This document shows, in pieces, positions 61,183 to 64,000 of a stretch of DNA of 64,000 bases. Origin of the DNA: an uncultured Candidatus Saccharibacteria bacterium. Its GTDB lineage: Bacteria > Patescibacteriota > Saccharimonadia > Saccharimonadales > JAGQNJ01. Position 1 is the first letter of the stretch; every line of letters begins with the position of its first letter. Below the pieces are notes generated by a model. The model had not been told where the DNA came from and ran no database searches. It saw only the letters and a program-made list of their open reading frames with translations. The translations under genes and the position numbers were made by a program. Where the stretch lies: the NCBI GenBank assembly GCA_964584895.1, contig CAZPAW010000001.1, positions 270,183 through 334,182 on the forward strand, given 5' to 3'.

Positions 61183-63396
61183 ATGGTTGCGTTTATTTTT
61201 ATGCTACTCGCGTTGGCGACAATCGTTGAGCTAATCTATTGTGTAATTTTCTTACAATTGACTTTACAGCGTCGCGAAGCGATATACCTATACTTTAGTA
61301 TTTTTACTGGTATTGCTTTGTTTTGGAATCTTGGGACAGTTTTAATGCTTTTCGGAGAGAAAACCTCGACAGTATATTTAGGCTATTGGTTTTGGCTAAT
61401 TGCACCGATGTTTTCAACACTGTTTATTTTATTTTTCTGCCAACAGTTTATAAAAAATAAAATTCAGCCCATATATTTTTTAGGGCTTGTGTTCATCGTG
61501 ATTTATGCGCTTTTTTTAGCAATCAACAACAATCTGATTGATATAGAATTTTCTACTCAAGGTATAAATTCTATTATTCCCAACAAGTTATTTTATATTT
61601 TTTATGGATTATTTTTTGCAATTTATTTCGATATCAGTATATTCACTTTACGACAACATTCTATTCAGAAGGATAGGGCTAAATATTTACAAGCAAAAAG
61701 TATCGTTTATGCAACAGGTTTTACAGGGACATTAGCTGTATTTACGAATATCGTATTACCGGCACTTGGTATCACTAAATATGTTTGGATGGGTCCGATA
61801 TTTTCTCTAGTATTTTTAAGTTTTTCAACCGTTGCAATTACAAAATACAAACTATTAGATATAAGAGGTGCAATACTGCGCTCAACTAGCTATGTGTTTA
61901 CGGTTGTGTCTTTGGCCTTTGTCTTATCTGTAGTGCTATTTGGTGTGCTTGGCCGTACCACATTATTTAGTAATTTTACTTTTGCTCAGTGGACGGTAAT
62001 TTCACTAATTATGGCTATCTTTTCGGGTATATATGCTCCTTTACAAAAATTTTTCGACAAAATTAGTAGCAGATATTTTTATCGAGATGCGTACGATCCA
62101 GCAGACCTATTAAATGAACTTAATACTTTTTTGGTCTCTTCTATTGATTTAGATAAGATAATTCATGATTCCTCGGAAATTATTGAGAAGTACCTAAAGC
62201 CCAGATTTGTTATTTTCAATGTCTATGAAAGTGAAAATACCAAGAAACGGTCTGTCGTAACAGCAGATTCTGTGACTTCGAATTCTATATCACTCGACCC
62301 AATCTATAAAATCGCAAACAAACTTAGTTCCGATATCACTACTTTTTCTGGTAATGATAGTCTTGAGGGTGAAGTAAAAAAATTAGCTATAAAGCAGGAT
62401 ATTGAGCTTGTATCAAAAATCGCATCTACGAGTTCAAAAAATGAAATAATCGGGTCGATTGTACTGGGTTCTAAGAAAAATGGCGGTTTATTTAATCGTC
62501 AGGATCTGCGTGTAATCAAAATAATCTCTGATGAGTTAGCTATAGCAATCCAGAATGCTTTGAGATTTGAGGAGATTCAGCAATTTAACATTACTTTGCA
62601 GAAAAAAGTTGATGATGCAACCAAAGAACTGAGAAAGGCTAACGAGAAGTTAATCGCGCTAGATCAGACAAAAGACGACTTTATTAGTATGGCATCACAC
62701 CAACTTCGAACCCCTTTGACCTCTGTTAAGGGGTACATAAGTATGGTTATCGAAGGTGATGTCGGTAAAATCACCAAACAACAGCATAAATTGCTTGATC
62801 AAGCGTTTCTTAGCTCTCAGCGGATGGTTTATTTGATAGCAGATTTGCTAAATGTCTCGAGATTAAAAACAGGTAAGTTTATTATTGAGCCTAAACCAAC
62901 TAATCTAGCAGATCTGATCGAGGGTGAGTTAAGTCAATTAACAGAGACGGCAAAATCACGAAATTTAACTTTAAATTATAAAAAACCTGATAATTTTCCT
63001 CTGTTTATGTTAGACGATACAAAGATAAGGCAGGTGGTTATGAATTTTGCCGATAATGCGATCTACTATACTCCGATGGGTGGAAAAATTGATGTTAACA
63101 TTGCGGATACTGGCAAGACGATTGAATTTACTGTTACAGATAACGGTATAGGGGTGCCAAAGAACGAAAGACATAATCTATTTAGCAAGTTCTATCGTGC
63201 AAATAATGCTAAAAAAGCTCGTCCTGACGGTACTGGATTAGGCTTATTTATGGCCAAGAAAGTAATTATCGCTCAAGGAGGAGCAATAATCTTTAAGTCT
63301 GAAGAAGGTAAGGGCAGTACATTTGGCTTTAGTTTTGACAAAGAAAAAATAAAAGTTCCAGAGCATATCAAGCAACAAATTCCTAAAAAAGCATAA
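61183..63396 (+). CDS. Sensor histidine kinase with ~8-TM N-terminal domain and GAF-like linker
   Basis: H-box SHQLRTPLT, N box NFADNAIYYT, G boxes DNGIGVP and GTGLGLFMAKK. The N-terminal 290 aa are polytopic. Confidence 0.85.
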   Translation: MVAFIFMLLALATIVELIYCVIFLQLTLQRREAIYLYFSIFTGIALFWNLGTVLMLFGEKTSTVYLGYWFWLIAPMFSTLFILFFCQQFIKNKIQPIYFLGLVFIVIYALFLAINNNLIDIEFSTQGINSIIPNKLFYIFYGLFFAIYFDISIFTLRQHSIQKDRAKYLQAKSIVYATGFTGTLAVFTNIVLPALGITKYVWMGPIFSLVFLSFSTVAITKYKLLDIRGAILRSTSYVFTVVSLAFVLSVVLFGVLGRTTLFSNFTFAQWTVISLIMAIFSGIYAPLQKFFDKISSRYFYRDAYDPADLLNELNTFLVSSIDLDKIIHDSSEIIEKYLKPRFVIFNVYESENTKKRSVVTADSVTSNSISLDPIYKIANKLSSDITTFSGNDSLEGEVKKLAIKQDIELVSKIASTSSKNEIIGSIVLGSKKNGGLFNRQDLRVIKIISDELAIAIQNALRFEEIQQFNITLQKKVDDATKELRKANEKLIALDQTKDDFISMASHQLRTPLTSVKGYISMVIEGDVGKITKQQHKLLDQAFLSSQRMVYLIADLLNVSRLKTGKFIIEPKPTNLADLIEGELSQLTETAKSRNLTLNYKKPDNFPLFMLDDTKIRQVVMNFADNAIYYTPMGGKIDVNIADTGKTIEFTVTDNGIGVPKNERHNLFSKFYRANNAKKARPDGTGLGLFMAKKVIIAQGGAIIFKSEEGKGSTFGFSFDKEKIKVPEHIKQQIPKKA

Positions 63397-63431
63397 GCTT
63401 GATTATCGGATAACAAAGTTATAAAAAACTC

Positions 63432-63460
63432 TTGACAAAATCAAATAAAAGGTGTAGTAT
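63432..63460 (+). promoter_or_regulatory. Sigma70-type promoter candidate
   Basis: TTGACA, 17 nt, TAGTAT. Confidence 0.4.
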
Positions 63461-63527
63461 TATTGATGTTAACTAATAACACCTCTAGTGTGGATGTGAG
63501 AACCACGACGAGGATGGGAGGAATTAG

Positions 63528-64000
63528 GTGAAAACAATTATTAAAGAACTATATAAGCTAAAGCTGTTCAGAGTTTTTGTGATTGCAATTTTTGCAATGA
63601 CGTCTTTACTTGCAACAGCTACAACTATTTATACTGCAACCGATAATGGTAGGGATGCCAGTGCTGTCGGTGTAGCAGAATGTAATGTGTCGATTAATTC
63701 TGGGATTAAATTAACAGAGAAAGAACGATACGTTATCGCAAATCTGACTGTAACCGGAAGTAATGCTAACTGTAATAAGTACGCAACTCTAGCTGTCTGG
63801 AAATCTAATACTGCTAGTGGTCAGCCACTAAGTCAACAGACTTTATATGGCTCAGATACTAAGAAAATGTCAGTAGGTAATCACAAATTAGTGGTCGCTG
63901 TACCTGAGTGTAGCTACTGGCAAGCCGATTTACTTGGTCAGGCTAATCCAAAGTCAATCAACGGTGATGCTAACTATGTATACCCTCATGATAAACTTGC
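63528..64000 (+). CDS. Secreted/anchored hypothetical protein, N-terminal fragment (runs off window)
   Basis: GTG start 5 nt after SD GGGAGGA. Signal/anchor FRVFVIAIFAMTSLLATA. No stop codon before the window end. Absent from the ORF track. Confidence 0.5.
   Translation, partial: MKTIIKELYKLKLFRVFVIAIFAMTSLLATATTIYTATDNGRDASAVGVAECNVSINSGIKLTEKERYVIANLTVTGSNANCNKYATLAVWKSNTASGQPLSQQTLYGSDTKKMSVGNHKLVVAVPECSYWQADLLGQANPKSINGDANYVYPHDKL

Noticed and set aside
1-64000. Search for CRISPR arrays, transposases, integrases, rRNA genes, or recognisable toxin-antitoxin or restriction-modification defence modules
   Set aside because: I saw no regularly spaced short repeats and no DDE, tyrosine-recombinase or serine-recombinase-like ORF. 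The lone AbrB-like and XRE-like genes have no adjacent toxin-sized partner, and the HNH gene is solitary.

Overview
This 64-kb chromosomal segment comes from an AT-rich (about 40% GC by eye), compact bacterial genome. Gene content and architecture resemble Candidatus Saccharibacteria/CPR: a type IV pilus operon, a truncated TsaB, an HTH-fused MurA, many short or leaderless genes, and no large biosynthetic operons. That assignment is an inference from the sequence and was not checked against any database. Core genes are ruvC-ruvA-(yecM-like)-ruvB, a pilB-pilC-pilA-minor pilin-pilMNO operon, recA and recX, tsaE-tsaB, rny, a DEAD-box helicase and a membrane-anchored Clp-type AAA+ protein. Also present are peptidoglycan genes (HTH-murA, mraY, murB, murI, murD), glyA, folD, a TetR plus ABC-2 exporter, and six CCA-encoding tRNAs (Pro, Gly, Arg-UCU, His, Arg-UCG, Lys). 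No CRISPR array, transposase, integrase or rRNA was seen. Observations worth a second look: (1) two tandem ~400-aa pilin-like paralogs with an unusual GFSHIE prepilin motif, inside a 4-kb insert between recA and recX; (2) four tandem stand-alone receiver-domain genes, two sharing a 133-bp perfectly identical tract, next to a three-gene unknown cassette (one product resembles acyl-ACP reductase/COG5322) and a multi-TM histidine kinase; (3) tRNA-linked repeats, namely duplicated tRNA ends and a long hairpin element upstream of two tRNAs; (4) a ~79-bp direct repeat flanking a NUDIX gene; (5) extended -10 boxes 6-8 nt upstream of many start codons, suggesting leaderless mRNAs, plus two tRNA-ORF junctions with no room for a leader; (6) an XRE-HTH::MurA fusion.
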